A stretch of 60,347 nt of DNA from an uncultured Pseudomonadota bacterium. Its GTDB lineage: Bacteria > Pseudomonadota > Alphaproteobacteria > RF32 > CAG-239. Location of the stretch: NCBI GenBank assembly GCA_902793695.1, contig CADBEI010000005.1, positions 1-60,347 on the forward strand. Reading direction: 5' to 3'. The stretch's first letter is position 1. Every line of letters begins with the position of its first letter. The translations under genes and the position numbers were made by a program. Below, in pieces: positions 40,293 through 51,248 of this stretch. The notes beneath the pieces are model-generated. The model saw only the letters and a list, made by a program, of their open reading frames with translations. It did not search any database and was not told where the DNA came from.

Positions 40293-40718
40293 ATGATATG
40301 GGGACTGAAAACAGAGGCGGCATTCGATGTTTGGTCAGTCGAGCATCTGATGATGGGGGTTACGGTCGGATGTTTTTCTGCATGGGCGGCTCAAAAAATC
40401 ATCAAAGACGAAAAAGTTTCAGATGCGTTGCGTCTGAAAATAAGTTTCATCATTACCCTTTTGGTGGCATACATGTGGGAAACGCTCGAGCATTATCTTG
40501 AGATCGGACTGGCCGGAAATACGGTCGAATTTTGGTTGCAAGGGGTAGAACATTGGAGCAACCGCCTGTTTTGTGATAATCTGATGGTTATTTGCGGTTG
40601 GTGGATTTATCAGCAGAAAAACCGTATGGTGTGGTTCGCCCGCGTGTTTTCGATAGTCTGGCTGTTTGTACACATTGTAATTTTTCCGCACAGTATGTAT
40701 TTGCACCAATTATTTTAA
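40293..40718 (+). CDS. Membrane protein with D.WS..H...G / WE..E / N...D motifs (DUF2585/DUF2238-like)
   Basis: Four TM helices with conserved-looking polar residues. Confidence 0.6.
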   Translation: MIWGLKTEAAFDVWSVEHLMMGVTVGCFSAWAAQKIIKDEKVSDALRLKISFIITLLVAYMWETLEHYLEIGLAGNTVEFWLQGVEHWSNRLFCDNLMVICGWWIYQQKNRMVWFARVFSIVWLFVHIVIFPHSMYLHQLF

Positions 40719-41357
40719 GCCACGTAAACGAAGCACTTGTTGTTTAATTTCCGGCGTCACACGGAAAGATTCGTTGATTTTGCGAATGGTCATCTTAAAA
40801 GTTGTAGCATCAAGATTATTCTGCCCCGAAAGATATTCCAAACATTTTTCCGGATATTTGGCACAAAGCGTCGCCAATGCCCATGCAACACCCATCTGCG
40901 CATAATATTTTTCGGTATAAAGCGAATCCAAAACCGTCAGCACACGGTCGATATATTCATCGTTCAGATAATGGCTGAGCAACACCACCGCCACAATCCG
41001 CGTTTCAAATTCCTGCCGCGAATTACGGTATTGCATCACAAAATCCCACACTTGTTGCGAAAAGCGGCGGGCAATCGTAAAACCCTGACACAGCGTATCG
41101 CAAACCGCCCAATCGTTGACATAGGGCACAAAACGCTTGAAGCAGTTGAGCAGATTAGGTAAATCGTCGCGAGCATAGCCCAAAACTAGCGCATTTAACA
41201 ACCGCAATTCAAAAGTTTCAAATTCGGTATTGTCTTGCAAAATTAGATAATTTTGGCGGGCAATTTTGCGAGCTGTTTTGCGCAACTCCGGTATTGAAAT
41301 ACCAAAAGTTGTGCGCGGTAATTGAGCTAATTCTTGCAAAATATCCTCAACATTCAT
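40710..41357 (-). CDS. DNA alkylation repair protein (AlkD-like)
   Basis: G...P.LR..A, NDWAVCD, YY.QMGVAWAL and KI.ES.RV motifs. Confidence 0.88.
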   Translation of the reverse strand: MNVEDILQELAQLPRTTFGISIPELRKTARKIARQNYLILQDNTEFETFELRLLNALVLGYARDDLPNLLNCFKRFVPYVNDWAVCDTLCQGFTIARRFSQQVWDFVMQYRNSRQEFETRIVAVVLLSHYLNDEYIDRVLTVLDSLYTEKYYAQMGVAWALATLCAKYPEKCLEYLSGQNNLDATTFKMTIRKINESFRVTPEIKQQVLRLRGLK

Positions 41358-41496
41358 CGCCAAACTCCATTTAAAATATATCACTTTTTTATCGGCAATC
41401 TGCCCGTTGCTGTCAAGAAAAAATATTTACAATAAAAAACTTGACAAAATTTATGTATTTGTTATACTGAGGCAAAACCTTTATTATTTTTACATT

Positions 41497-41760
41497 ATGA
41501 GCAAAGTTTTTTTAGGCTGTTTAATCAAATTGTTGATTTCGGCCAGTTTAGGTGTATTTGCCGTTGTTCTTATCGGAAAAGCCTTGCACGGTGACCCGAT
41601 TGCCATCGGTTTAGCTGTTGCAGAGTTTTTGATAATTGCGTACCCTTACTGGGCTGCAGAACGGACTGTCGCTCCGTGGTTGGATAAAACACACCTCTAC
41701 AGTACAATGGTGTGGTTTATAGCCGCAATCACTTGGGTGTTGTATGTCTTGTTCTTTTAA
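41497..41760 (+). CDS. Small 3-TM hypothetical protein
   Basis: Own TTGACA-16-TATACT promoter (41441-41468) and terminator; no SD. Confidence 0.6.
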   Translation: MSKVFLGCLIKLLISASLGVFAVVLIGKALHGDPIAIGLAVAEFLIIAYPYWAAERTVAPWLDKTHLYSTMVWFIAAITWVLYVLFF

Positions 41761-41766
41761 CAAAAC

Positions 41767-41804
41767 AAAAAACGCGTTATGCCTGACCGCATAACGCGTT
41801 TTTT
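41767..41804. terminator. Bidirectional terminator
   Basis: AAAAAACGCGTTATGC/GCATAACGCGTTTTTT perfect inverted repeat. Confidence 0.85.
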
Positions 41805-41821
41805 AATGTATAAGCCGAAAT

Positions 41822-42892
41822 TTAATCCATTTCTGCCAAGCGGGCGGCTTGATCTTCAGCAATCAGCGCATCGATAATTTCATTTAGCGCCTCACCCGAA
41901 ACAACTTCTTCCAGCTTATACAGCGTTAAGTTAATCCGATGGTCGGTCACACGCCCTTGCGGATAGTTATAAGTGCGAATCCGCTCACTGCGGTCACCGC
42001 TGCCGACTTGTAATTTACGTTTTTCCGAATAATTGGCGTCGATTTTGGCTTTCTGTTCGTCATAAAGTTTGGCACGCAAGTGATTCATCGCCTTTTCTTT
42101 ATTCTTAAATTGCGAACGGTCGTCCTGACATTGTACCACCACGCCGGTCGGGATGTGGGTAATACGCACCGCCGACTCCGTACGGTTAACGTGCTGACCG
42201 CCGGCGCCGGATGCGCGATACACATCGATTTTCAAATCCGCAGGATTGATATATAAATCCACTTCTTCAATTTCCGGCAGAACCGCCACTGTGGCCGCCG
42301 AAGTATGCACTCTGCCCTGCGACTCGGTAACCGGTACGCGTTGTACGCGGTGTGCTCCGGATTCAAATTTGAGTTTAGCAAATACATCTTTACCGGTAAT
42401 ACGTGCTGAGGCTTCTTTATAACCGCCGATACCGTTTTCGTTGGAATCGAGAATTTCAAACTGCCAACCTTGTTTTTGCGCATAACGCTGATACATTTCA
42501 AACAACACCGCGGCAAACAACGCGGCTTCATCACCGCCGGTGCCGGCTCGCACTTCCAAAATGGCGTTTTTCTCGTCATCACTATCTTTCGGCAACAACA
42601 TAACTTTGATTTCTTTTTCCAAAAGCGGCAGTTGCTCTTTAGCCTCATAATATTCGGCTTCGGCCATCTCGCGCATTTCTTTATCAAGCGTTGTATCATC
42701 CATCATTGCCTTATCATCGGCCATCATTTGTTGATGATGTTGATATTTATGGATTACCTCAACCACCGGTTCCAGTGTTGAAAGTTCCTTATTGAGCTTT
42801 ACCAATTCGTCGGTAGAAACATCAGAAGTGAGCAAAGCCTGTACTTCTTCAAAACGATTAACGACGTTGGCCAGTTTTTCATCTAAATCCAT
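41822..42892 (-). CDS. prfA: Peptide chain release factor 1
   Basis: GTGGDEA, RVPVTE (PxT) and GAGGQHVN motifs. Confidence 0.98.
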   Translation of the reverse strand: MDLDEKLANVVNRFEEVQALLTSDVSTDELVKLNKELSTLEPVVEVIHKYQHHQQMMADDKAMMDDTTLDKEMREMAEAEYYEAKEQLPLLEKEIKVMLLPKDSDDEKNAILEVRAGTGGDEAALFAAVLFEMYQRYAQKQGWQFEILDSNENGIGGYKEASARITGKDVFAKLKFESGAHRVQRVPVTESQGRVHTSAATVAVLPEIEEVDLYINPADLKIDVYRASGAGGQHVNRTESAVRITHIPTGVVVQCQDDRSQFKNKEKAMNHLRAKLYDEQKAKIDANYSEKRKLQVGSGDRSERIRTYNYPQGRVTDHRINLTLYKLEEVVSGEALNEIIDALIAEDQAARLAEMD

Positions 42893-42894
42893 TA

Positions 42895-44127
42895 TTACAA
42901 TTCCTTAATCAAATTAGCCAAAGCTACCGTTTTTTGTTCGCCGCTGTCCAAATCTTTAATGGTTGCGGTCTTGTCAGCCAGCTCATCCGAGCCGATAATT
43001 ACCGCTTTGCAGGCATTTACTTTATTGGCTTTAATCATACGTTTTTTCATATTGCCGCTATAACTCTGTTCCACCGAAAAACCGGCCAAACGCAATTCAT
43101 GTGCAATTTTAAGTGCGGCGTCGAAAGTATCTTCTCCCACCGGAATTACAGCTATCGGACGCGGCAAAGAAACATCCTGTTCCAACAGCATAGCCAAACG
43201 CTCAACTCCGCCGGCCCAACCGATACCGGCAACTTCGCCGCCGCCCATCTGCGCCACCAGACCGTTATAGCGGCCGCCGGCCAAAACCGTGCCTTGCGCT
43301 CCGAGTTTATCGGTAGTGAGTTCAAACACCGTGTGAGAATAATAATCAAGCCCGCGCACCAAGCGATTGTTAATGCGATATTTTATGCCGAGCATATCAA
43401 GTCCTTGCAACACATCGGTAAAAAATTTGCGCGATGCTTCGTTCAGGCTGTCGGCATACAGCGGCGCATTTTCCACTACCGCTTTATCGCATTCTTCTTT
43501 GGAATCAAGAACGCGCAACGGGTTTTTATCCAGACGATTTTTACTGTCTTCTGAAAGTTCATCATAATGATTTTGCAGATATGCCACCAATTTTTCGCGA
43601 TAAGCGGCACGGCTCTCGGCATCGCCCAAAGAATTGATTTCCACCGTAACCTGCCCGCTCAAACCGAGTTTTTCCAAAAACTCATACGCCATGGCAATAA
43701 CTTCTATATCGGCTTGCGGCGTTTCCACTCCCAGCAGTTCCACTCCGAATTGCGTAAACTGGCGTTGACGTCCCTTCTGCGGACGCTCATAGCGAAACAT
43801 CGGACCGGTATAATAAAACTTAACCGGCAGATTTTGTTGCATACCGTTGGAAACAAACGCACGCACCACACCGGCCGTACCTTCCGGACGCAAGGTCAGG
43901 CTCTCTCCGCCTTTATCTTCAAAGCAATACATTTCTTTGGTGACAATATCCGAGGTATCACCCAAATTGCGGGCAAACACTTCCGTAAATTCGAAAATCG
44001 GCGTTTCGATTTCTTCAAAGCCGTATTTTTCCACTACCTCCGAGCCGACAGTCACGACTTTTTTCATTTTTCGCTTGGCGGCACCGTATAAATCATAAGT
44101 GCCGCGCACACATTGAACTTTTTCCAT
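42895..44127 (-). CDS. hisS: Histidine--tRNA ligase
   Basis: [28 protein letters not shown] and GGRY motifs. Confidence 0.98.
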   Translation of the reverse strand: MEKVQCVRGTYDLYGAAKRKMKKVVTVGSEVVEKYGFEEIETPIFEFTEVFARNLGDTSDIVTKEMYCFEDKGGESLTLRPEGTAGVVRAFVSNGMQQNLPVKFYYTGPMFRYERPQKGRQRQFTQFGVELLGVETPQADIEVIAMAYEFLEKLGLSGQVTVEINSLGDAESRAAYREKLVAYLQNHYDELSEDSKNRLDKNPLRVLDSKEECDKAVVENAPLYADSLNEASRKFFTDVLQGLDMLGIKYRINNRLVRGLDYYSHTVFELTTDKLGAQGTVLAGGRYNGLVAQMGGGEVAGIGWAGGVERLAMLLEQDVSLPRPIAVIPVGEDTFDAALKIAHELRLAGFSVEQSYSGNMKKRMIKANKVNACKAVIIGSDELADKTATIKDLDSGEQKTVALANLIKEL

Positions 44128-44135
44128 ATAATCCT

Positions 44136-45077
44136 CTAGTTGTTTGTCTTAATCAAAAAGCTGTCCAAACTGACGCGCTTATTATTCATAACCGAAACCA
44201 CCTTTACCGGTTTATCGTCAACATAAAAAGTGGCGCTGCGCGGTCTGCCCACGGTAATAGTCAGGCCTTCTTCCTGTGGGATATCGTAGCTGAAGCCTCT
44301 TTTATAAACCGAACCGCGAAGCACGGTTTTCTCGCCGTTTTTGATTTCCACCCACGACGGTCCGCTCAACACCATCCGCATTTTATGAAACTTTGTTTCC
44401 GGTTCGGCAACTTCAGTCGATGATTCCGCAGCGTTTTCTTCCGCAACTTCCGGTGTTGCTTGGGCTTGATTTTCGTCAGCCTGTGTTTCGGCAACGGCGT
44501 CTTCCGCAACTTCGGCTGATGTTTCTTCATCAGCTTCGGCAGTTTCTTCTGCTGCATTTTCATTATCCGCAGGTTCGTCCTCAGCCATAACCTCTGCCTC
44601 GTCCGCCGTATTTTCATCGGTTACGAGAACCGGCTCCGGAATAACATCGGCAGCATCTTCCTGAAAGTCTTCCACCGGTTCGCTCAACGGCAAAACCGAC
44701 CATACGGCAAACAATATTGCCAAGCCGCATATCCCGAATAATATATGTTTCAAACGCGGTTTGGAAGAAGAGGTATGAGCTACTTTTTCACTGATTTTTT
44801 CTTCTTTATTTTCGTGAAAAGATTGTTGATAGGATGATACGATACGGTCACTGTTTAAGCCGACCGCATCGGCATATGCACGGATGAATCCGATTCCGAA
44901 CGGGCGCGGCGGAATATTGGAAAAATCCATTTCTTCAATAGCCGTAACATAAACCTTGCGAATGCACAATAATTCGGCAATATCGGCTTCACTCTTACCT
45001 GCTTTCAAACGTGCTTCACGCAACATAGCGCCCACGGTTTGAATTTCTTCTTCTTGTTGTTCTGTTTCTTTTACCAC
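44136..45077 (-). CDS. rodZ: RodZ-like HTH/DUF4115 protein
   Basis: G..LREAR...L.IR..Y..AIE...GFIRAYA HTH, a TM, an acidic linker and a SWVEI C-domain. Confidence 0.88.
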   Translation of the reverse strand: MVKETEQQEEEIQTVGAMLREARLKAGKSEADIAELLCIRKVYVTAIEEMDFSNIPPRPFGIGFIRAYADAVGLNSDRIVSSYQQSFHENKEEKISEKVAHTSSSKPRLKHILFGICGLAILFAVWSVLPLSEPVEDFQEDAADVIPEPVLVTDENTADEAEVMAEDEPADNENAAEETAEADEETSAEVAEDAVAETQADENQAQATPEVAEENAAESSTEVAEPETKFHKMRMVLSGPSWVEIKNGEKTVLRGSVYKRGFSYDIPQEEGLTITVGRPRSATFYVDDKPVKVVSVMNNKRVSLDSFLIKTNN

Positions 45078-45116
45078 GTTTTTTCTCCTGTTGTTGTGCG
45101 GCTTATATCATAAAAA

Positions 45117-47336
45117 TTATTCAATTGCAATAGCGTGATCGTAGGCATATGCCGTTAATTGCGGCCGAATACTGGTTTTCGGCGATTTCATCAGGGTTTT
45201 GATGTAATCCTCGACATCTTCCGTATTCATAGAGCGTATCATATTTTTAACCTGCGCATAACGAGCACCCGATACCGATAAATTGCGATATCCCAAACCG
45301 ATAAGCGCCATTGCTTCAAGCGGATTACTGGCCATTTCACCGCATACCGAACAATGTACTCGGTATTGCATAGCTTTATCCACGATTTTTTTCATCAGCT
45401 TCAAAAACGGTGCCGAAAGCACATCATAGCGGTCGGACAGACGCGGATTACCGCGATCGCAGGCAAATACGAATTGATATAAATCATTGGTACCGACCGA
45501 TATAAAATCAACTTCCTGCAACAACTCGTCAAGCTGAAACAGTACCGACGGAACTTCTATCATTATGCCTACTTTAACCTCGCGCGCCGTCGGTTTTTTA
45601 CGCTGTTGTTCGCGTTCGTATTCCAGCATTAAAGTTTCTTTGGCTTCCAAAAACTCCTGCAGTGAAGAAACCATCGGAAACATAACATTTAATTCTTTGC
45701 CGGCGGCAGCGCGGAGCATAGCGCGAATCTGTTGACGCAACAGCGCACGCCTGTCCAAAGTAATGCGAATCGAGCGCCAACCGAGCGCCGGATTTTCTTC
45801 TTTCATTTCGCCCCAATACGGCAAAAATTTATCCGAACCGACATCCAAACTGCGAAAGAATATTTTTTTGTTGCCCATAGCATCAAACAGCTTTTTATAT
45901 TGTTTCTCCTGACTTTCGACATCCGGCATTTTCTCGGCCGACATAAAAGTAATTTCGGTACGATATAAACCGATGCCATCACAGTTGGTCGGCTTGAGAT
46001 ATTCATAATCCAAATCCAAACCGTAATTCATCGCCAATTTGATTTTGACGTTATCCAGCGTCACTGTCGGTTTATCCTTAAGCTTTTCCAGTTCGGCAAA
46101 AACTTTATGCAAACGCACCGATTTTTTTTGATATTCGGCAATCTGCCTTTCACTCGGGTGCGTATATACCATAGCCTCGTTGCCGTTAACGGCGATAACT
46201 TCACCGACTTTGATTTCTTTCAAAATCCCGTGAATCTTGGCAATAACCGGAATATTAAGTGCCTTTGCCACAATAACGACATGCATAGTCGGGGTACAGT
46301 CCTCAATTATGAGACCGCGGATATTTTCATATTTATAATCCATCAAATCGGACGGTCCCATGGTTTGGGCAATAATAACAATATCTTCATCGGGAGCTAT
46401 TTGTGCCGCAGATTGATTATCGCCGGCAATAAATGCACGCAGTCTGTCGGAAACATCGCGCAAATCATAAAGTCTTTCTTTAAGATACGGATCATTGGTG
46501 GCGGAAAGTTTATTCCACATATCTTCATATACGTGTTCCACCGCCGCCTCGGCCGTATAGCCTTTTTCAATATCGGTGTTGATTTTTTTGTACCACCCTT
46601 TATCCATGGCAAACATTCGATACGCTTCCATAATGTCGGTGGTGTTGCCGATATAGTTACCGGCCTGGTCGATTTTATCATCAAAATAAGCGACCATACG
46701 CTGGCGGCCTTCCTCAAGCTTGGATTTTTCCAACTCGATATTATCGGTAAAGATATTAACCAGTTCACGGTGACGGTGATGTAACACCGCTTTGCCGACG
46801 CCGTACCCCTTATTGAGACTCGTGCCGTGCAAGGCATCACGCACCACAATACCTTTTTCGCGAATAATTTGATTGCGTAATTCGGTAAATTCATTATGGC
46901 TGAACAAATCAGGAAGCGCCAAGGCTAAGGTTTCGGCTTTTTCCACTTCAGAATCATCAAATGCATCAACACCCGATTTTACCAACACCAAAACGCCGAT
47001 GGTCAGATTCATACGGGTTACCGGAATACTGAGCAGTGTAATATTCTGTGCCGATAACGTTTCGCGAATGGTACGTTTGCTGGCAGCACTACGGCCGATG
47101 CTGTCTTCATTATAGCGAATGTTGGATTTATAATTCTGCGCCTTCCGTTCACCCACCAATTCCAGATAGTTTTCATCAACCGTGGCATACAACAAAGCCG
47201 AATCTGCCTTAATCGAATCGATAAAGGCTTTAAGTATTTTATTGAGCTTTTCCGGCATAGTCCCCGACTTAAGCAATTCGGTACTGATTAAACGCTGAAT
47301 TGATAAGGCTTCGCTGATTGCCGCCGATATTTGCAT
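45117..47336 (-). CDS. ptsP: PTS-Ntr enzyme I with GAF domain
   Basis: GAF N-terminus; phospho-His in TMHVVIVA; GLYRTE, EENPALGWR, SVGTNDL and CGEMA motifs. Confidence 0.93.
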   Translation of the reverse strand: MQISAAISEALSIQRLISTELLKSGTMPEKLNKILKAFIDSIKADSALLYATVDENYLELVGERKAQNYKSNIRYNEDSIGRSAASKRTIRETLSAQNITLLSIPVTRMNLTIGVLVLVKSGVDAFDDSEVEKAETLALALPDLFSHNEFTELRNQIIREKGIVVRDALHGTSLNKGYGVGKAVLHHRHRELVNIFTDNIELEKSKLEEGRQRMVAYFDDKIDQAGNYIGNTTDIMEAYRMFAMDKGWYKKINTDIEKGYTAEAAVEHVYEDMWNKLSATNDPYLKERLYDLRDVSDRLRAFIAGDNQSAAQIAPDEDIVIIAQTMGPSDLMDYKYENIRGLIIEDCTPTMHVVIVAKALNIPVIAKIHGILKEIKVGEVIAVNGNEAMVYTHPSERQIAEYQKKSVRLHKVFAELEKLKDKPTVTLDNVKIKLAMNYGLDLDYEYLKPTNCDGIGLYRTEITFMSAEKMPDVESQEKQYKKLFDAMGNKKIFFRSLDVGSDKFLPYWGEMKEENPALGWRSIRITLDRRALLRQQIRAMLRAAAGKELNVMFPMVSSLQEFLEAKETLMLEYEREQQRKKPTAREVKVGIMIEVPSVLFQLDELLQEVDFISVGTNDLYQFVFACDRGNPRLSDRYDVLSAPFLKLMKKIVDKAMQYRVHCSVCGEMASNPLEAMALIGLGYRNLSVSGARYAQVKNMIRSMNTEDVEDYIKTLMKSPKTSIRPQLTAYAYDHAIAIE

Positions 47337-47422
47337 CTGAATACCCGTTAAATTATTGTTGCAACATTTGTTTTATTGTTATACTAGATTTTAGCTGATG
47401 TAAACTAAAAAAGGAGTTAAAA

Positions 47423-47788
47423 ATGGCGAATAATTATGCACGCGGACAACACGATGTCCGTCCGTGGGGAACTTGGGAAGTTATCGATTGCGGTAACGGC
47501 TTTTGCGTTAAGCACATTACGGTTAATGCCGGCGGTATCCTTTCGTTGCAACTGCATCATCATCGGGCAGAGCATTGGATTATGGTAAACGGCACCGCTA
47601 CCGTTACACTCGGCAAGCAACAAATTGAGAAAAAAGCCGGCGAATCGGTATTTATTCCGGTAGAAACCGAGCACCGTATTCAAAACGATACGAATCTGCC
47701 GCTAGAATTTATCGAAGTGCAGGTCGGTGAAAATTTGGATGAAAACGATATCGTGCGTTTGGAAGATAAATACGGTCGCATCGGCTAA
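47423..47788 (+). CDS. Mannose-6-phosphate isomerase type II cupin domain protein
   Basis: RPWG, LSLQ.HHHRAEHW and EVQ.G..L.E.DIVRLED.YGR motifs. Confidence 0.92.
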   Translation: MANNYARGQHDVRPWGTWEVIDCGNGFCVKHITVNAGGILSLQLHHHRAEHWIMVNGTATVTLGKQQIEKKAGESVFIPVETEHRIQNDTNLPLEFIEVQVGENLDENDIVRLEDKYGRIG

Positions 47789-47886
47789 CCTTATTATCTG
47801 TGCATAACTTTATGCATAACTGCAGAATCCCCTTGAACTTTTTTAAAGGTTAATGAATCCTTAAGCAAGTTTTGGGGGATTTTTGT

Positions 47887-48303
47887 ATGTCTGATACGGA
47901 AAATTTTGATTTAAGTGTTATTCAAACCGGCGATGTAATGGTGTCCGCATATCCGGAGCAATTGGATTGTGATGATAACAGACGGGAACTGTGGGCGTAT
48001 TGTTTGCGGATAGAAAACAATTCGAATCAGCGTATTCGTTTACTCAGACGCAATTTCTGCATTACCGACAGTTTCGGGCAGAATCATTATGACTTGAGCG
48101 AAGGTTTTAACGGTGAAATTCCGGATTTGGAACCGGGAGAATGTTTTGAGTTTGAAGACACCGCGATTATTGACGGTCGCGCCGCCGTGCTTTACGGAAG
48201 TTGCATTGCCGCCAAAGATGACGGCACCGTTTTTCATATAGACATTCCGTTGATGCAACTCAGTACGGCGAATCCGTTGCCGAGCAAGTTTCTTATTAAC
48301 TGA
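47887..48303 (+). CDS. apaG: ApaG-family protein
   Basis: WAY..RIEN....RLL.R.F.ITD..G...G..GE.P.LEPGE.FE motif. Confidence 0.82.
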   Translation: MSDTENFDLSVIQTGDVMVSAYPEQLDCDDNRRELWAYCLRIENNSNQRIRLLRRNFCITDSFGQNHYDLSEGFNGEIPDLEPGECFEFEDTAIIDGRAAVLYGSCIAAKDDGTVFHIDIPLMQLSTANPLPSKFLIN

Positions 48304-48331
48304 AAAACGCCGGAACAATCCGGCGCTTTTT

Positions 48332-50218
48332 TTATTTATCGTTTTTCTTGATTGATATTTCATCCAATGCCTTCAACAACTCTTTATCGTGAAGTTGTAT
48401 CAGCTCATTATGCTCAATACCGTTTTCGATTTTTTGCTCTATCAGATTCTTATCGATTGCTTCGGCATCTTCCTTAAAGACCAAAGCGTGTCGCCATTGG
48501 AAGACCGCCTCGTTTTTCCGACCGCCCATCCAATAGGCATCACCCAAATGGTCGCTGATGGCCGCATTTCCGGAATTAAGGTCAGAGGCCTGTTCCAAAA
48601 AACCGATGGCTTTATCGTATTGTCCGAGCTTATAATATACCCAACCGAGACTGTCGGTAATGTGTCCGTCATACGGATATTGTCGATATGCTTCCAAAAT
48701 CATGGCGACGGCGTCGTCTGGATTCTTATTCTCGACCAACCACGAATATCCCAGATAGTTCAACACATTCGGGTCACGATTGCTCAATTCCAACGCTCTC
48801 TGCAGACTGGCTTCCGATTTGTCTTTTTGATTTAAACGGTCATACGAAACAGCCATAGCGTAATAAATCGGCCAATTGCTCGGCTGTTCCTGTTTGATAC
48901 TGGCAAGCGCCTGCTGATACAGTTTTACGGCTTCGGCATCTTTGCGCTGATTGCTGTTGATACCGGCCAAATCGCTCAAAAGCTGAGTATTATCCGGATA
49001 ACTCTGCAACAAAATTTTGAGTTGATTTTCCGCTGCGTCGTATTCTTCCATGGAATTATAGTTTTCAATCATTTTCAGCCGCGCAATAAAATAAGAGCCG
49101 GAATCTTTGCCGATTTGCGCATAGTATTTATTGGCTTCTTTCAGCATACCGGATTCTTCCAATACATTGGCCAGCGCAATTTTGGAAACCTCGTATTCCG
49201 GATTTAAGTACGACGAAATTGCTATATAAAATTGTGCAACTTCACTGCCGTTGTGTGCAGTTCTGAACAAGGTACCGATATTGAACAATGCCTCGGCCAA
49301 ACCTTTTTGCGGTGTATCAATAATCGGGGCGGTTGCAGCATTTGCATTATCTATTTTAATTTCGATATCTTTCAGCAACATTGAAAGTAATCCGTCATCA
49401 TTATAACGTCCCAGAAGACGTAAAGCGTCATCTTTGTTGCCCAAACGCACATAAAAATTGGTGATTACTTCCAAAATGCGATAAGTAACGTCTTTCGGAT
49501 ATTTTTGAGCAATCGTGACATAACATTCCGATGCCTTTTCTTTGTTGCCGAGATAATCGTAAATCATCCCTTTATGGAACAGTCTCATAACATTCAACGA
49601 CGGGTCGTTGACAATGCTGTCGATTGCGGCAATAGCCTTTTCTTCATCGCGTTCACCGGCATAAGCCCAAGCATTAAACAGCGGATTTATCAATCCGACA
49701 TAAAGTTTGTCATCTATTGAGGCCATTATCTCGCGGGAAGTTGCATAGTTCTTATCGGCAAATTCCTTGACCGCGACCACCAGCGGCGCCAACAATTCTC
49801 TTTTTTCCGTCTCCATTTCTTTGCGAGCATACGGAACCGCCCTGTCTATTTGGCCCAGTGAGGTTAAAATAACATACACCGTGCGATTGAGTGATACATT
49901 ATCTTTGTCTTTGTCTGTGGCGATTTTATAGTATTCGGCGGCATTTTCAAAATCTTGCCGCAAGTGCGCCACCCGACCGGCCAAATATGCTCCGTATTGT
50001 GATTTTGTACCATAAAAAGAGATCGTCTGGTCCGGATTTTTCTTGGCAATAAAATCCTGATAATGCCAATATCCGTCAGTATCAAATTCCGGAACAACAT
50101 TCTCCGCCGGATCTGATTTTTGCCATAACGGCAACTCGCTTATATTATGACGGAAAGGCCACATTGCGGCGCATATCACCACTGTAGTACATAAGATTCT
50201 TATCAATATTCTGCTCAT
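48332..50218 (-). CDS. TPR-repeat protein
   Basis: YGAYLAGR.A, G.AEALF, LNYLGYSW, DSLGW and DHLGDAYW..GR..EA.FQW motifs. Confidence 0.92.
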   Translation of the reverse strand: MSRILIRILCTTVVICAAMWPFRHNISELPLWQKSDPAENVVPEFDTDGYWHYQDFIAKKNPDQTISFYGTKSQYGAYLAGRVAHLRQDFENAAEYYKIATDKDKDNVSLNRTVYVILTSLGQIDRAVPYARKEMETEKRELLAPLVVAVKEFADKNYATSREIMASIDDKLYVGLINPLFNAWAYAGERDEEKAIAAIDSIVNDPSLNVMRLFHKGMIYDYLGNKEKASECYVTIAQKYPKDVTYRILEVITNFYVRLGNKDDALRLLGRYNDDGLLSMLLKDIEIKIDNANAATAPIIDTPQKGLAEALFNIGTLFRTAHNGSEVAQFYIAISSYLNPEYEVSKIALANVLEESGMLKEANKYYAQIGKDSGSYFIARLKMIENYNSMEEYDAAENQLKILLQSYPDNTQLLSDLAGINSNQRKDAEAVKLYQQALASIKQEQPSNWPIYYAMAVSYDRLNQKDKSEASLQRALELSNRDPNVLNYLGYSWLVENKNPDDAVAMILEAYRQYPYDGHITDSLGWVYYKLGQYDKAIGFLEQASDLNSGNAAISDHLGDAYWMGGRKNEAVFQWRHALVFKEDAEAIDKNLIEQKIENGIEHNELIQLHDKELLKALDEISIKKNDK

Positions 50219-50380
50219 AACTCTTTGCCTTAAAAAACAAAATTATCGTCACTATAATATAAATATTATTTATTTGCAACGAGTAAAAATTTATTAACAG
50301 CTGTTTATATATACCGCAAAAGATATTCTTTGTATTGCAAAAAAAATATTTCCGCGTATATTGAATAAGGTGGAGTTAAA

Positions 50381-51172
50381 ATGGACGATATCGAGCAAAT
50401 ATTAAATTGGTATTTAACCGCCGGCGTTGATGAAATATGCGCCGATGCGCCGTATGATGCCCTCAAACCGCCCGTTTTGGCGCAAAATAATGTGAGCGAA
50501 AATTCCATGGTAACACCGGTAACGACCGTTGCCAGACAGGCTGTTTCCACCTTATCGCAAATTAACACGGTTGCTTGCAAAAATGCCGAAGAAATCTGCC
50601 AAAAAGCCCAAACTCTCGATGATTTGCGCGCCATGACGGAAAATTTTGACGGTTGTTCGCTGAAATTTTCGGCCAATTCCACCGTGTTCGGATATGGCAA
50701 TCCGCAAGCGGAAGTTATGCTTATCGGTGAAGCACCCGGAGCAGACGAAGACCGCTTGGGCGAACCGTTTGTCGGGCGCAGCGGCCATCTTTTGGATAAG
50801 ATGTTGACCGCGATTGGGCTCAAACGAGAAGACTGCTACATTACCAACATTCTGCCGTGGCGACCGCCGGGGAATCGCACTCCGACATCGGAGGAAGTTG
50901 CGGTTTGTCTGCCGTTTTTGAAGCGGCAAATTGAGTTGGTTAATCCCAAAATCATTTTTATTTTGGGGCGCAGTGCGGCTAATGCTCTGCTCGATAATGC
51001 CGACAGTATTTCGGCTTTGCGCGGGCATTTTATTGACTACACTTCGGCGCAAGGGACGGTTATTCCGACTCTTTCGAGTTTCCACCCCGCCTATTTGTTG
51101 CGCACCGCGTCGCAAAAAAGCAAATCGTGGGCTGATTTATTGCGCTTGAAACATAAATTGAGCGAGCTGTAG
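50381..51172 (+). CDS. Uracil-DNA glycosylase family 4
   Basis: IGEAPG.DED..G.PFVGRSG, WRPPGNR.P and HPAYLLR motifs. Confidence 0.95.
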   Translation: MDDIEQILNWYLTAGVDEICADAPYDALKPPVLAQNNVSENSMVTPVTTVARQAVSTLSQINTVACKNAEEICQKAQTLDDLRAMTENFDGCSLKFSANSTVFGYGNPQAEVMLIGEAPGADEDRLGEPFVGRSGHLLDKMLTAIGLKREDCYITNILPWRPPGNRTPTSEEVAVCLPFLKRQIELVNPKIIFILGRSAANALLDNADSISALRGHFIDYTSAQGTVIPTLSSFHPAYLLRTASQKSKSWADLLRLKHKLSEL

Positions 51173-51248
51173 TTTTTTTGTAAAATTTAGGAAAAATTAA
51201 AGAATAATTATTATGATATGGTCAGATTTAATACTTTGGAGTAGAAAA

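Noticed and set aside
47790-47870. Replication origin
   Set aside because: Only ~100 bp with two imperfect DnaA boxes, and none of the usual origin-flanking genes.
50381-51172. Family 4 UDG missing Fe-S cysteines
   Set aside because: The FDGC.L / PWRPPGNR variant is, to my knowledge, common in alphaproteobacteria.
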